From a virus: a stretch of 64,000 nucleotides of DNA. A program made the position numbers and the translations under genes. Numbering within the stretch: position 1 is the stretch's first letter; each line of letters opens with the position of its first letter. Shown here in pieces: positions 20,501-29,116 of this stretch. The notes under the pieces were generated by a model. It was not told where the DNA came from, searched no databases, and saw only the letters and a list, made by a program, of their open reading frames with translations. The DNA lies in the IMG/VR virus record IMGVR_UViG_3300028384_001046, positions 1 through 64,000 of that record, one strand, 5' to 3'.

Positions 20501-20533
20501 GTCGTAACTCACGATGATAACCCTCCATATTAA
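11546..20533 (+). CDS. gp7: Baseplate wedge initiator gp7-like giant protein, N-terminal part (contains YHYH-like domain)
   Basis: IESQIPSFL..FLKQYY, KDFYSAKGT, HSPILGWAYDGNPIYGPYG, YYQKFSYSIK..VHPSG; position between gp6 and gp8. Confidence 0.8.
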   Translation: MPELNKVKISQLIESQIPSFLNEESPLFAEFLKQYYISQEHQSGVTDIAVNLPDYKKISSFNNETLVPYNVLLEDIFAADDTITVQSTVGWPDSYGLLKIDNEIITYKSKTSNQFLDCSRGFSAINKIKQDVNSEFLEFSDSEAEEHSSGSLVYNLSNLFLQEFFSKFKKEFLPGFENRSFVTGTSVQNILTRAKDFYSAKGTDSSYQILFKLLYGEEIQLIKPIDDTIAASSNVYFKTKNVLVENLFDGDPLRTVGNFLFQDVSGIGTVSASIYNVEYRPIDRKDFYEISLDSSSFSGNFEVPGKTKTLEGIPQFSNNILVDSTIGFDQQGSLLIKPTTDSNFIEVSYTDKTINQFLGVSGISTDLVFGAEIFEDKLAFAYAGLGQTSLAQLRIVNIIDSIDTNDTANMSVGDSLKLSTFGVNRGKDSQFNSWIYNIPTIHNIKSVDQLNVNTFRITLFDFVVFYIGEKLNISDGIREIQSEVKDIEYDSSNDEKRLSDKVVVQVSSNIPSNPTLLKKTIVKAEHNLGRFPEITKFPIGIQNSYISADGQDYFITSAGIPNYPIFATDNRKFVKTDINESTDDNGTPINGGGFTYLFKSVDPGSSEAEGTLALNAGDVSIRHNYKTGEKIFWDNIYNSGIQTGVYFVTAISETEFYLSFSGSDVFSKKYIPVRTDSRGQFIVKSGYEGRELSHQKILRKFPYERKVDFFDDPNKRSVKNRPIGILANGVEIFPPTVFDEQIYYGDVVNIKVTNRGKDYDVINGPELVIQDQNGSGCEAFANVSGSFREVRLVSPGIGYQEKPKITIEGGNGTGAVLESNFVKGKLTVNFKADGSSVNSNSETIDFPTRHNFEIGEEVFYDSRGNTPIGNLISGATYFVRPVDDQTISLYETFRDAVNGSNVVNIGSPSFGFHKFTSTKSRNTITRVYVREPGQGYSNRKVIVPSRNTAAGTRSGIDTSDNYVYAREHNFKTGDVVRYSSTESLISGLSSTTEYYVRVLDDNRFKLYDVGIGTTRDTTNFTKNKESIFGDFGSGDHKIYYPPIVVKVESISAIGATTIIQPQLDPVVLGEIDSVFLREGGIGYGSTNIVDFHRRPNVGISTIIFRSLLKPVIVGGSIVDVQILASGRGYRKDSDIFVFGKGDFAQINPIIEDGGIIGVKILDGGAGYDDNTVLDLQNRGTDAKFIADVREWKLNQVVTSSEVISEEDGCLLRPSTDPDLGLQPISMYPPRKLRYQLGDNIDAGNLELSQNAIHSPILGWAYDGNPIYGPYGYENETGGSIVRLTSGYILNDENLDGLRPPGYSLGYFTNDYIFNNSGDLDVHGGRYCVTPQFPNGTYAYFYSIDVDSSGVAEPRYPYLLGTKFKDSPVEENFNTFFNQDIDIFNNNLSRNTGPYFLEFGNSNYDLIDRVDDSYNQKFYVENVKTSGIGSVSIFSRGTGYKVNDVLNIDNTGTDGSSASVIVSSILGKDISNISVGISTYVDTELRVNGRSIVGVTTVPHDINNGETVILSGITTARFSPFFGEQKVSVPSRRVGLSSFVPNVSTTGITTFISVTDTFGFRPGDHIGVGTETMVITDIDLKFKRFRVNRENYVGMAVTHLPSDNSVFLKPVEFEFSAGENVFSYSVKPNRVLYFSPEETVGIGSTGSIYDVINTGIGSVVSQSYDTRYVRERSIFIPNHGLKTGQPIEYNIGIGGTSIVTAKTSAGSTSGVGTSRLQNGSTVYAVNFGTNYLGLSTTGFTTIGDALYFFDIASNIGYAHSFTTKFPRVNARVERYYTEVTTVDNHELVDNDIIKLDSSPVQVENEKIVFDPIIGKITTGKVSFGNTDVSADLTSINIDDETFQSGDKVVFYATDGNVIGGLENNQTYFVLREDPKNIKLVKYKSDVVDSNPIVFTSVPIGTYQIAKINPPLNFTKGNTIIIDVSDVSLSEMKFEVFSDINYLNNLEVTNDNGFAIKREGEPGEDGSTVTIDTRRGYPNKSFYTLTPVIPSDDRKLSVISDIDVLGRNSITLNELVMNGFKPVTVIDNKKFTYNLDRKPLESQKYFSRLGVSTIFYETTSRNATGPVYSTKTTFPGRGYKSIPSTNGFSSQSGINAAVKIISNEIGQIESLGRIKDGFDYPTDPTLLPFLSVPAIIDVGGIQRIGNIDVIDGGVNYTQPPNLVVRGNDTVDLQARLNGSSIDKVFVLQNAFEFDEPLSIIPVQNSNGFDIDQITHNGDTVTLELLLDAQFNIPVRTGYGSTDIEFPFEVGDSIFIEGCRLTPESFDAGDINFNSERFDYRFFTVTGVDTNNFTLTYSLAGINTGILGAYDDDFGLGYVVNYKDMAKFRMNLVNDAKFLSEERITSNTFEGFVSPNGWNSRLNQLRLSNSSGNLSVGDIIYGEQSTILGRVEAVNKFNVRTTLGVSREKVAKNDNSSGILNDFSQRISDNAYYQKFSYSIKGRVPYNTWRESVRSIVHPSGFQEFCDLEVISTPTDNVGSARSTTMKVKPDSTSVELLVNIDNDIYLQERQNFALVTEDDQARDGSIQRIFFPEGRPIKSYILNKTNKVLLIDDISDGFNGDHDRTGTLVGNTGFKLKSNGKPLFKAVFDASDSKVVDITDNIINIQNHNFQTGQELFYDRQGGGEIGIATTSHASGVRDIVMNVESALAGSGAMFENGYNIEIPEGGVTGVGTIVNPIVTFVVYGFGSPDGGLPGISTRGTGARFQVKFTYEQSTGQPISTNVILTKGGTGYYVGDNVSIAGTHLGGTTPANDLTFPVTRITGTRTGITTTYLDVPSTSDLSGTGARFNVTRDSNLDVESIVVVSGGSGYVSTETISIAGTYIGGSGSLDDLLCTPVELGTTTIPEIVFCQKIDDVKFKISGLSTSLPLNFTGLGTGTHKFRISDPTSDALILIDNIIQSPIRNKKLEVGIGSPIGIFDQSIVVSSGIGSLASGDIIKSGDEFMKVKQIGDSVFVQGRRAEIENTVDNNFYYDVNRMNSTITSTDETVVTHDDNPPY

Positions 20534-20534
20534 C

Positions 20535-20542
20535 TATAAATA
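20535..20542 (+). promoter_or_regulatory. T4-type late promoter
   Basis: Exact TATAAATA upstream of 20563. Confidence 0.8.
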
Positions 20543-20562
20543 ACAGAAAAAGTATTTGATCA

Positions 20563-21588
20563 ATGGCAAAACAAGGCATTAATACTGGTACTGCCCCTAA
20601 TGATGGCACTGGAGATACCCTGTTGGCGGGAACTCTAAAGATCAACGCAAACTTTGATGAAGTTTACGATGTTTTTGGTGATGGGGATAATCTTATCAGT
20701 TTTGTTTCTTTTGCTACTACTGCTGGGTATTCTACCAATGCTGGTATTGCATCTACGTCTACCTATGCTCAGACTGCAAGATATGTAACGTCAGATATTG
20801 ATATCAACACATCTGGTGTTGTTACTACATCATATGCCGATATCGGTAAGATTACTATTCAACAACCAGGAGCTATTACAGACGGTCCTATTGAGGTTGG
20901 ATTTGCAGCCACCATGTTTAGGATTAAAGCCGACGGCATGGTTGGAATTGGAACTTCTCTTCCAACATCTCAACTCCAAGTTGCATCATTCTCTTCCAGA
21001 CCTGCATTATGGGTTATTGCAAAAGATCAAGGACCCTCTTTTAGAGCTTCTGACGAAGATATTACTCCAGATAAGACTTTTATTGTCACAAAAGACGCCA
21101 ATATTGGCATTGGTACAAATGTTCCTGCTGCCAACCAAAGACTTGATGTTAGGGGCAATGTGACTACTCAAGGCATTGTTACTCTTGATGGCACTGTTGA
21201 CTTCAATAGTGATATTACTGAAACGGTAGTTAATGACTTTAATGATAATATAACCGTATCTGCTGCAGGAACACTTACCGTTGATTTGTCTCAGGGAACT
21301 GTGGTTCTTGGTGGAATTACTACTTCTATCAATACTTGGAATTTCACTAATGTTACTGCATTAAATAGTAAGGCAACTACGGCAACTCTTGTTATTAATG
21401 CTGGCGTTGGATACACTTACGGTGATGCTGTAAATGTAAATGGTGGACCTATCGCTGGTGGTGTTAGATGGGTTGGTGGAAATCCGCCACCTGCTTCAGA
21501 TGGAGAAGACATTTTAACATTCAGTATCATTAGAGATTCTACGGGTCTAACAAGAGTCTATTGTAGTAGTTCCATTAATATTAGCTGA
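20563..21588 (+). CDS. Baseplate/short-fibre protein with T4 gp9/gp10-like N-terminus
   Basis: MAKQGINTGTAPNDGTGDTL..KINANFDEVY; GxVGIGT fibre repeats. Confidence 0.75.
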   Translation: MAKQGINTGTAPNDGTGDTLLAGTLKINANFDEVYDVFGDGDNLISFVSFATTAGYSTNAGIASTSTYAQTARYVTSDIDINTSGVVTTSYADIGKITIQQPGAITDGPIEVGFAATMFRIKADGMVGIGTSLPTSQLQVASFSSRPALWVIAKDQGPSFRASDEDITPDKTFIVTKDANIGIGTNVPAANQRLDVRGNVTTQGIVTLDGTVDFNSDITETVVNDFNDNITVSAAGTLTVDLSQGTVVLGGITTSINTWNFTNVTALNSKATTATLVINAGVGYTYGDAVNVNGGPIAGGVRWVGGNPPPASDGEDILTFSIIRDSTGLTRVYCSSSINIS

Positions 21589-21596
21589 TACGATAA

Positions 21597-24500
21597 ATGC
21601 CAAGAACAACACCTGGATCTGGAGCTCTTCTAAGACCCGTATTTAACTCTTCATATGGAGTTGAATTAATTGAGGTTATTGATGGAGGAAACGGTTATAG
21701 TAAAGCAGATCCCCCCAAAATTGTTATTGAAGGCACCGAAACTCCAGTAGTTGAAGGTGTTTTTTATCCAGTAATCACTGGAGTTGGAACTATTAGCGAA
21801 GTGATTATTTTTAACACTGGTGCTGGATATTATCCAGTATTTTCAACAACTACTTCGTCGGAGGTTGTTGTTGAAAGAGCAGCTTTTGGTTCTATTTCTA
21901 CTACTCATGGTCTTGGGGTATCTTCTGTATTTTCTGGGGATTTTAATATTGTTGAAGATGAAATTTTCTTCACCGATGCTCCATATGGAAAAAGAGGTCC
22001 AGTTGGATTGGAGACTGGATCGACATTTAATGGTAGATTATTTTCAAGAAAATTTGATCCATTTGAACCACAAGATAAGAATTTAGTTTTAGATGATATT
22101 TCTTTGGAGTTTACTGGAGTTGCTGGAACAGAATTTGCAGTAACAGAAAATCTTGGTATAGTATCATCTTTGTATAATAGTGTTAATTCTGGTGTAGATA
22201 TTAATAATAACCCGTTTATTTTAATTAATAACATTGTCCAAACTCCTAATTTAGATTTTAATTTTTCTGATAACTCAAGTAATAAACTAAATTTTTTGAG
22301 TGGGACTCCAAGAGCAGGAAGAATTAATAAAGTCGCTATTCAAACTGGTAGTGGATATTATGTTCCACTCAGAGCGGCAGCCATTGCAGGTGTAAATTCT
22401 TCTGGATCTGTGAGTTTTATTGAAATGCGTGGTGGAGGACAAGGATATAGGACTCCGCCCAAGGTTGAGATTAGAGGAATTGAAGGAACGGGTGCTGCTG
22501 CTACTGCCGTTCTCGGAACAAAGGTAAATACCCCCGTTTCTATTTCTACTGCTACATTTGATATGTTCAGTGGCATTGGAACATTTACGACATCTTCGCC
22601 ACATGATTTTTATGACGGGGATAGAGTTGTTATTACTGGAGCCGGATTTACATTTACTGCTTTATCTGCGGTAAGAAATATTAGTGAATTTGGATATGAC
22701 TATATTACTGGTATTGCCACTCTCAGTGTTTATGGTGGTCACTATATCGGTACTGGGGATAATCAATCTAGACATCTGTTGATTCAAGGTGTTCAGGTAA
22801 CTGATGGAATTAGTACTTTTACTCTTAGAGAAGATTCTTATCCTATTATTTCTGTTGGTAATAGTAGAGAAGCTACAGTTAATATTGGTATTGGATCTAC
22901 AGGATTGCAGTATGTCTCTGCTGGTACAGTTCAGGCTGGTGTTGACACCAATATTCTCGAAGCAAGAAATGTAATTGGTTTTGACGTTCTTGATACTCCA
23001 ACTGATGATACTTTTGAAGTATTTCTTGGAATTACTACTTTCCCACACAATTATGTGAGTGGTGGAGTCGTTCAGAGGGACCAGACGGGTATTGTAACTT
23101 CTATCGAAATAACTTCTGGTGGATCTGGGTATTTTCCACCAGCTAAAGTAGTTTATTCCAATCATACACAAGAATCTGGAATTACAACGTTTACTGCTCA
23201 TGGGGAACAAGTTGGTGTTCCAACTTCTGTGGGAAGTGTATATTACAATCCAATTGTTGGTATATTAACAGTTAGAACAAGTTATTTTCATAATCTTACG
23301 GACGATAATGTTGTAAAACTGGAAGGATTGAAAATTGATACTATTAATGGTCAAATAACTTTTCCATCTGGAAAGAGGAAATTTTTTGGAATCACTACGG
23401 CTAACAATGTTGACATTGAAATTGACGTAAAGGAAGACATGTATGATCTTACTAGAAATGTAGGAGTTTATACAGGACAAGTTCTTAAAGGAACTTTAAC
23501 AAGATATAAAGGTCATGGATTGGATACTGATGATTATGTTCTTATTACTGGAGTCGGACAAACCACGAGTAGTTCTGTAGATTTAAGACTTTCTGACGTT
23601 GAATATGACAATGCTAGTGGATTGGCAACAATTACTACACGAAGAAATCACAATTTCTCCAAAAATGATTTCGTAATTCTCAGTGGAATTGCATTTACAT
23701 GTGATTATTCTCCGTCAATTGGCATTACTACTGCTGAATATGATAATATCAGCGGTATTATGACAATTACTACTGCTGCTCCACATGGATATACTGAGGG
23801 TGGTAAAGCAGGAACTGTTGTTTTGAGTGGTCTTGGATTTACTTGTGATATTGATAACGGATCATCTATCCATTATTATCCAAGAGGTAGAGACGAAGCA
23901 TATCAGAAGTCAATTTCCATCGCTTCTACAACAAATACTACAATTACTCTTGATGTTGGTAAAACTTCCAAAAAAGATTCCTATCCCTATACCTTTGATT
24001 CTGCAACAACTGGATCTGTAGTTTCTGGCGGTGACTATCCACATACTTTTGTTGGATCTGCATCTAGTGCAATTATTTTTGGTGGTGATTATAATTATAA
24101 TTTTATAAGTGCAGACCCTCAAGGAATTACAATTGGTGGTGAATATGACCACAACTTTGTAAGTTCTGGATCTACTGCTCTGTGGAGAGGTGGTGGATAT
24201 CCACACACTTTTGTCAGTGCTGGAGCAACTGCTGTTATTACTGGTGGTGATTACACATATACATTTGTTCCAGACAACAATAATTCGGGAGCTGTTGCAA
24301 AGTATAGTTGGGCTGGTCCATTCCTAACTCCAACTAATGCTTCATACATTCCATCTACGGGTGTATTGACACTCCAATTCAATCAACCTCACTTCCTTAC
24401 AATCAACGATACTATCGGTATCGCAACGGGAGGCCTCACATTTACTTGTGATATGGATGGCAATGCAACTGAGCACAACTATCCCAGATTTAGAGATCCT

Positions 24501-27500
24501 ATCCACGATAGATCAGATATCCCAGTTGCCAGTGTTGTCAATGCGACTACGATTACCGTAAATGTTGGAGCAACTCCAATTGTCTATCAACAACCAACTA
24601 ATGCGGTTTATTACCCAGATCTTGGCGAGTTGGTTGTTACTGTACCAAATCATGGACATGTAAGAGGAGAGACACTTAAACTAACTGAGAATTCTTTCAC
24701 ATTTACTTGTGCTCAGGATAATTATCAAACTGAACATACATATCCAAGATCAACTGATCCCGCCGGCGGTGGATATGCTTCTACTACTAATACAGTTGCA
24801 ATTACAACCCACACCAATGATACATTTACTATTCCTGTCGGGGCTTCTCCATTAGAATATTTTGCAGCCACAGATGCTCAATATAATGCAACAACTGGCA
24901 TTCTGACAGTTACTTCACCAAGTCATGGATATGTCAATGGTGATTTTGCTAGATTCACAGACAGTTCTTTAGTATTTACTTGTAGTCTAGACAATTATGC
25001 AACAGAACACGCATATCCAAGACCTACAGATCCCGCATCTGGAATTGCACTTACAATTAGTAACGTAACTACAAACACCTATGAAGTTAATGTTGGAACA
25101 TCAACTAACTCATATATTCAAGCCGTTACTGCAAGTTATTATCCCAAAACAGGTATTTTTGAAGTTGGTACTGGAAATACAGCACATGGATTATCAACTA
25201 CAACTGGAAATGTATTAATTCCAGATGGGTCATTCACATTTACTTGTGATATGGACAACAATCAAACACAACATTCATATCCAAGATCAACTGATCCAGC
25301 ATCCTCTAAAGCTCTCACTATTGTTGGATATACAACAAATACTTTCCAAGTTAATGTTGGAACATCTACTCATATCTTTAGACCCGCTACGGAGGCATAT
25401 TATACTGCTTCTACAGGAATTCTTACCGTAACATGTCCCAATCATGGCATGAGAGTTGGTAGATCTATTAGATTTACCAACGATACTTTATCATTTACTT
25501 GTGGAATGGATGATCATTCTACGGTTCATACTTATCCTAGGTCTACCGATCCATATTCTGATACCAGAGTTGCTATTTCTGCAACAACTGTAGATACATT
25601 TACAGTTAACGTTGGTCCAACTACCAGTTATTTCTGGGATGTTAGTGGCGCCAATTATGTTCCAGATACTGGAATAATTGAGTTAACAGTTGGTGCTGGA
25701 CATACTTTATATGCAGGTAAGTCGATAAGAATTCAACCAGAATCTTTGATCTTTACATGTACTAAAGATGGTAACTCTACGACACATAGATATCCAAGAA
25801 AAGGAGATCCATATTGGATTTCTGCTAATATTGAATCGGTATTGAATTCGACCAATGTTAGTGTTAATGTTGGTCCTTCCACAACACCATCATATTATGT
25901 CGGTGGTGGAACCATTCAAGGTTCACGTATTGCTCCTAAAGAACAAAATAATTCTGATAGTGGAATGGATTTCTCATTCTCTGGTACTTTTGTGGAAAAG
26001 GTTGGTGGAGCAACTACATTCACTGTTCAGGTAGGTCCTTCTACAACACCACACAACTATAATAGAGGTGGTACTGTTTCTAGAGCACAAAGATTTGCAG
26101 ATTCCTTAGATGATGGATATGATGGTGTATATGTTGGAGAAAAATTATCTGGAGCCACATTTAGAGTCCAAACGGGAGTCGTAACTGAGAAAAATTACTA
26201 CTCTAGACCTGGATCTGCACAGAAACCTGTTAGAGTTGAAATTTCAGATCCAAATCCATATTATAATAGAGACCTCATTTATTCGGATGGTTCTTCTGGC
26301 ATTGGAACAAATGCAGTTGTTGATTTTCGCATCAACGCTGATGGGGAAATTCAAGAATATAATATTACTGAAGAGGGCGTTGGATTTAAAGTTGGTAATG
26401 TTCTAACAGTAGCTGGAATTGTTACTGATCCTAGAGTTGGTGTTCATACTGATTTTGAACTCACTGTATCTGAACTTACTAACGATAAGTTTTCAGGGTT
26501 TTATCCTGGCCAGTTTATTGTGTTTGATGATATCAGTAAATTCTTTAATGGATTTAGAACGAAGTTTACACTTTCAGTTACTACTGGCGGAAATACTGAA
26601 ATTTTGAGTTTAAAAACACTTCCTGGAAGTGACATGGACATTAGTAATAATATCTTTATTTACATCAATGATATACTTCAAGTTCCTGGTGAGTCTTACA
26701 TCTTTAAGGGAAGTAGAATTATTTTCTCAGAAGCTCCTAAGTCTGGATCTAAATGTTCTGTATTCTACTTTAGGGGGTCTAAGAGGGATGTTGAGACAAT
26801 CAATCCACCACTAACCGTCAAACCAGGCGATACAGTAACCATTAAAGAAAACAAATTTAATTTGTTTGATATTGATCAATTCCCAAGACAAGCCAAGAGA
26901 ATTGTAGCTTCTGATATTCTTGAAACATTCGCATATAAGAGTGTCGGAATAGATACTAATCCACTTGCAGAAAGACCTTTAACGTGGAAAAAACAAAAAC
27001 GAGATAAGATTCTTTCTGGATCTTTAATTTCTAAACAAAGACCAAGCTTGAAGTCTAGAACTACTCCAACAACTAGAATCATTAATAATGTTAGTGAAAC
27101 CGATAGAGAAATTTATGTAGAAAATGCCTTCCCAATTTTCTCCGATATTGATTTGGTTACTCAAAGTGAAAGAAATGTTTTAATTTTTGATGACAGGGAA
27201 ATAAGAACGGCTATTTCAACTTCTTTTGTAGCAACCTCTTCTAGTATCACTCAGATTAATATTGTTGATGGTGGAGTTGGATATGCAATTACATCTCCAG
27301 ATGTAACAATTTCAGAATCTAAGATCGAGAAGAAAGATCCTATTTTTGACTGGAGTTTCAATGATATTATCACTGGATTTGCCCCAGGGCAATATGATTG
27401 GAATGAACTTGCTCATGGAGATCAAGTGATTGCTGTTGGATCAAGCAGTCGTTATATTAATACCAAAAGTGGACTTTTCTGGGAAAGAGGAGTTGTTGGT

Positions 27501-29075
27501 TTTGGTGGAACTGTCACAATGAACACTGTTGGAATGGGCAAATCGGTATCTTCACCAGTTAATTATGTAAGAACAGCGGGGGACTTCGCAAAAGTTGCTA
27601 AAGGAGTTTCTGTTGGAAATACTATTACTGATTGGGAAGAGGTTTCTCTTTTAGAAGAAAGACAAATTCCTGCAATCCAATCTACGTTAGTATTTCCATC
27701 AGAATATGAAGGCAACTTCAATAAAATTATCTATGAACCAACTAGAGATGCTTGGGTAACTGTTGGAACTGGTGGATCTATTTTCACTGGTGTCGGGATT
27801 AAAACTTCCTCAATGTTTAGTAGATTTTCTAGAACTTTTGATGACTTAAACTCAATAGCATATGGAATGGATGCGTTTATTGCTGTTGGAAATGGTGGTG
27901 CTCTTATTTCTTCAAATGAAGGTTTAATTTGGAGTCCATTAAATAGCAACACTCCAAAAAATATCAGAGATATTGTATTTGATGGCAACCGATTTGTTTT
28001 TGTTGGAGACGATGGACTTATTGGTATTTCTTCAGATAAAAATTTCTGGATGATTTATAGTGATCCAAATGCTATAAATCCACCGACATTTGACTTTGAC
28101 AGAATTCGATATCAAGATGGATTTTATGTTGGCATCGATACTGCAGGATCCCTATACTATTCTTTTGATCTGTCTAATTGGACTTTGCGAGAAATCGATC
28201 ATTCAAATACAATTAGTGACTTAATAAAAACTGATTATGGAATTGAGGGAAGGACAATCGCAGTCGGATCTGCAACAACTGCTTTCTATGCAGATCCAGT
28301 TCTCAATAGAGCAACTGCAACATCTTCTGTTTCTAATGGAATAGTTACCAGTGTGACCATTACAAATGGCGGATTTGGGTACGAAGTTGGATCTAGTCCT
28401 CCAATAGTCATTGAGACAGACTCGACTACAAAGGAAGAACTTCTTTCTATTGATGCTGTTGGTGACTTTGGTGTTATTGTTGGTGTAAATACTTTCCTTC
28501 CTGGAATTGGATTTAGTACTCCACCCACAATGGAGTTTGTACTCAAATCCGAATTTTATGACAATAACAATCTTGGATATGGATATTCTTCGTTAAATAG
28601 CCTTGGAGTTTCTTATTCCGAATTATCAAAAGGAGACTATTTTATCATATATGATAGTCCTCTAATTACTGGACATGCATTGACAGGAATTACTACTTCT
28701 CTTGGCGGATATTTGAATTTTCCAGCTAATAAGATTGCGGAAATTCCTGCGGGAGAAACTTTACAAGGAAGATTCTTTGTTGAAAAAGTAACTCCTGTTG
28801 ATGTTGTTTCAGGATTAGTTACGGTAACTTGCGCTTTCCAACCAAAACCATTTAATAATAGTGATATTGCTGTTGGTTTAGATCCCAATGGTCCATATTT
28901 CTTAGATAATGAATTTTATTATTCTCCATACTATGGAAAATATACTTGGGGCAAAATTAGAAATTACCAAAATAGAGCTGGAGGAAGTCCAAAACAATTC
29001 TTCGTCAATCCAGATAATGGAGCGACTGGATTGTCAACTGCTGCGGTAGTTACCAGAATTCAACCTCTATCTTAA
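21597..29075 (+). CDS. Giant baseplate protein, gp7-like C-terminal part, with FTC..H.YPR..DP repeats and a BNR/Ycf48-like propeller
   Basis: GxGY repeats, LDDIS motifs, beta-propeller repeats at ~27390-28290, C-terminal YYGKYTWGKI; directly precedes gp8. Confidence 0.7.
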   Translation: MPRTTPGSGALLRPVFNSSYGVELIEVIDGGNGYSKADPPKIVIEGTETPVVEGVFYPVITGVGTISEVIIFNTGAGYYPVFSTTTSSEVVVERAAFGSISTTHGLGVSSVFSGDFNIVEDEIFFTDAPYGKRGPVGLETGSTFNGRLFSRKFDPFEPQDKNLVLDDISLEFTGVAGTEFAVTENLGIVSSLYNSVNSGVDINNNPFILINNIVQTPNLDFNFSDNSSNKLNFLSGTPRAGRINKVAIQTGSGYYVPLRAAAIAGVNSSGSVSFIEMRGGGQGYRTPPKVEIRGIEGTGAAATAVLGTKVNTPVSISTATFDMFSGIGTFTTSSPHDFYDGDRVVITGAGFTFTALSAVRNISEFGYDYITGIATLSVYGGHYIGTGDNQSRHLLIQGVQVTDGISTFTLREDSYPIISVGNSREATVNIGIGSTGLQYVSAGTVQAGVDTNILEARNVIGFDVLDTPTDDTFEVFLGITTFPHNYVSGGVVQRDQTGIVTSIEITSGGSGYFPPAKVVYSNHTQESGITTFTAHGEQVGVPTSVGSVYYNPIVGILTVRTSYFHNLTDDNVVKLEGLKIDTINGQITFPSGKRKFFGITTANNVDIEIDVKEDMYDLTRNVGVYTGQVLKGTLTRYKGHGLDTDDYVLITGVGQTTSSSVDLRLSDVEYDNASGLATITTRRNHNFSKNDFVILSGIAFTCDYSPSIGITTAEYDNISGIMTITTAAPHGYTEGGKAGTVVLSGLGFTCDIDNGSSIHYYPRGRDEAYQKSISIASTTNTTITLDVGKTSKKDSYPYTFDSATTGSVVSGGDYPHTFVGSASSAIIFGGDYNYNFISADPQGITIGGEYDHNFVSSGSTALWRGGGYPHTFVSAGATAVITGGDYTYTFVPDNNNSGAVAKYSWAGPFLTPTNASYIPSTGVLTLQFNQPHFLTINDTIGIATGGLTFTCDMDGNATEHNYPRFRDPIHDRSDIPVASVVNATTITVNVGATPIVYQQPTNAVYYPDLGELVVTVPNHGHVRGETLKLTENSFTFTCAQDNYQTEHTYPRSTDPAGGGYASTTNTVAITTHTNDTFTIPVGASPLEYFAATDAQYNATTGILTVTSPSHGYVNGDFARFTDSSLVFTCSLDNYATEHAYPRPTDPASGIALTISNVTTNTYEVNVGTSTNSYIQAVTASYYPKTGIFEVGTGNTAHGLSTTTGNVLIPDGSFTFTCDMDNNQTQHSYPRSTDPASSKALTIVGYTTNTFQVNVGTSTHIFRPATEAYYTASTGILTVTCPNHGMRVGRSIRFTNDTLSFTCGMDDHSTVHTYPRSTDPYSDTRVAISATTVDTFTVNVGPTTSYFWDVSGANYVPDTGIIELTVGAGHTLYAGKSIRIQPESLIFTCTKDGNSTTHRYPRKGDPYWISANIESVLNSTNVSVNVGPSTTPSYYVGGGTIQGSRIAPKEQNNSDSGMDFSFSGTFVEKVGGATTFTVQVGPSTTPHNYNRGGTVSRAQRFADSLDDGYDGVYVGEKLSGATFRVQTGVVTEKNYYSRPGSAQKPVRVEISDPNPYYNRDLIYSDGSSGIGTNAVVDFRINADGEIQEYNITEEGVGFKVGNVLTVAGIVTDPRVGVHTDFELTVSELTNDKFSGFYPGQFIVFDDISKFFNGFRTKFTLSVTTGGNTEILSLKTLPGSDMDISNNIFIYINDILQVPGESYIFKGSRIIFSEAPKSGSKCSVFYFRGSKRDVETINPPLTVKPGDTVTIKENKFNLFDIDQFPRQAKRIVASDILETFAYKSVGIDTNPLAERPLTWKKQKRDKILSGSLISKQRPSLKSRTTPTTRIINNVSETDREIYVENAFPIFSDIDLVTQSERNVLIFDDREIRTAISTSFVATSSSITQINIVDGGVGYAITSPDVTISESKIEKKDPIFDWSFNDIITGFAPGQYDWNELAHGDQVIAVGSSSRYINTKSGLFWERGVVGFGGTVTMNTVGMGKSVSSPVNYVRTAGDFAKVAKGVSVGNTITDWEEVSLLEERQIPAIQSTLVFPSEYEGNFNKIIYEPTRDAWVTVGTGGSIFTGVGIKTSSMFSRFSRTFDDLNSIAYGMDAFIAVGNGGALISSNEGLIWSPLNSNTPKNIRDIVFDGNRFVFVGDDGLIGISSDKNFWMIYSDPNAINPPTFDFDRIRYQDGFYVGIDTAGSLYYSFDLSNWTLREIDHSNTISDLIKTDYGIEGRTIAVGSATTAFYADPVLNRATATSSVSNGIVTSVTITNGGFGYEVGSSPPIVIETDSTTKEELLSIDAVGDFGVIVGVNTFLPGIGFSTPPTMEFVLKSEFYDNNNLGYGYSSLNSLGVSYSELSKGDYFIIYDSPLITGHALTGITTSLGGYLNFPANKIAEIPAGETLQGRFFVEKVTPVDVVSGLVTVTCAFQPKPFNNSDIAVGLDPNGPYFLDNEFYYSPYYGKYTWGKIRNYQNRAGGSPKQFFVNPDNGATGLSTAAVVTRIQPLS

Positions 29076-29116
29076 CCACTAAATACTAAAAGAAAAAACG
29101 TCTCGTTTTCATCAAA

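Noticed and set aside
20533-21597. Intron or intein interrupting gp7
   Set aside because: Insert encodes a structural-type protein with a late promoter; no homing endonuclease or splicing motifs seen.
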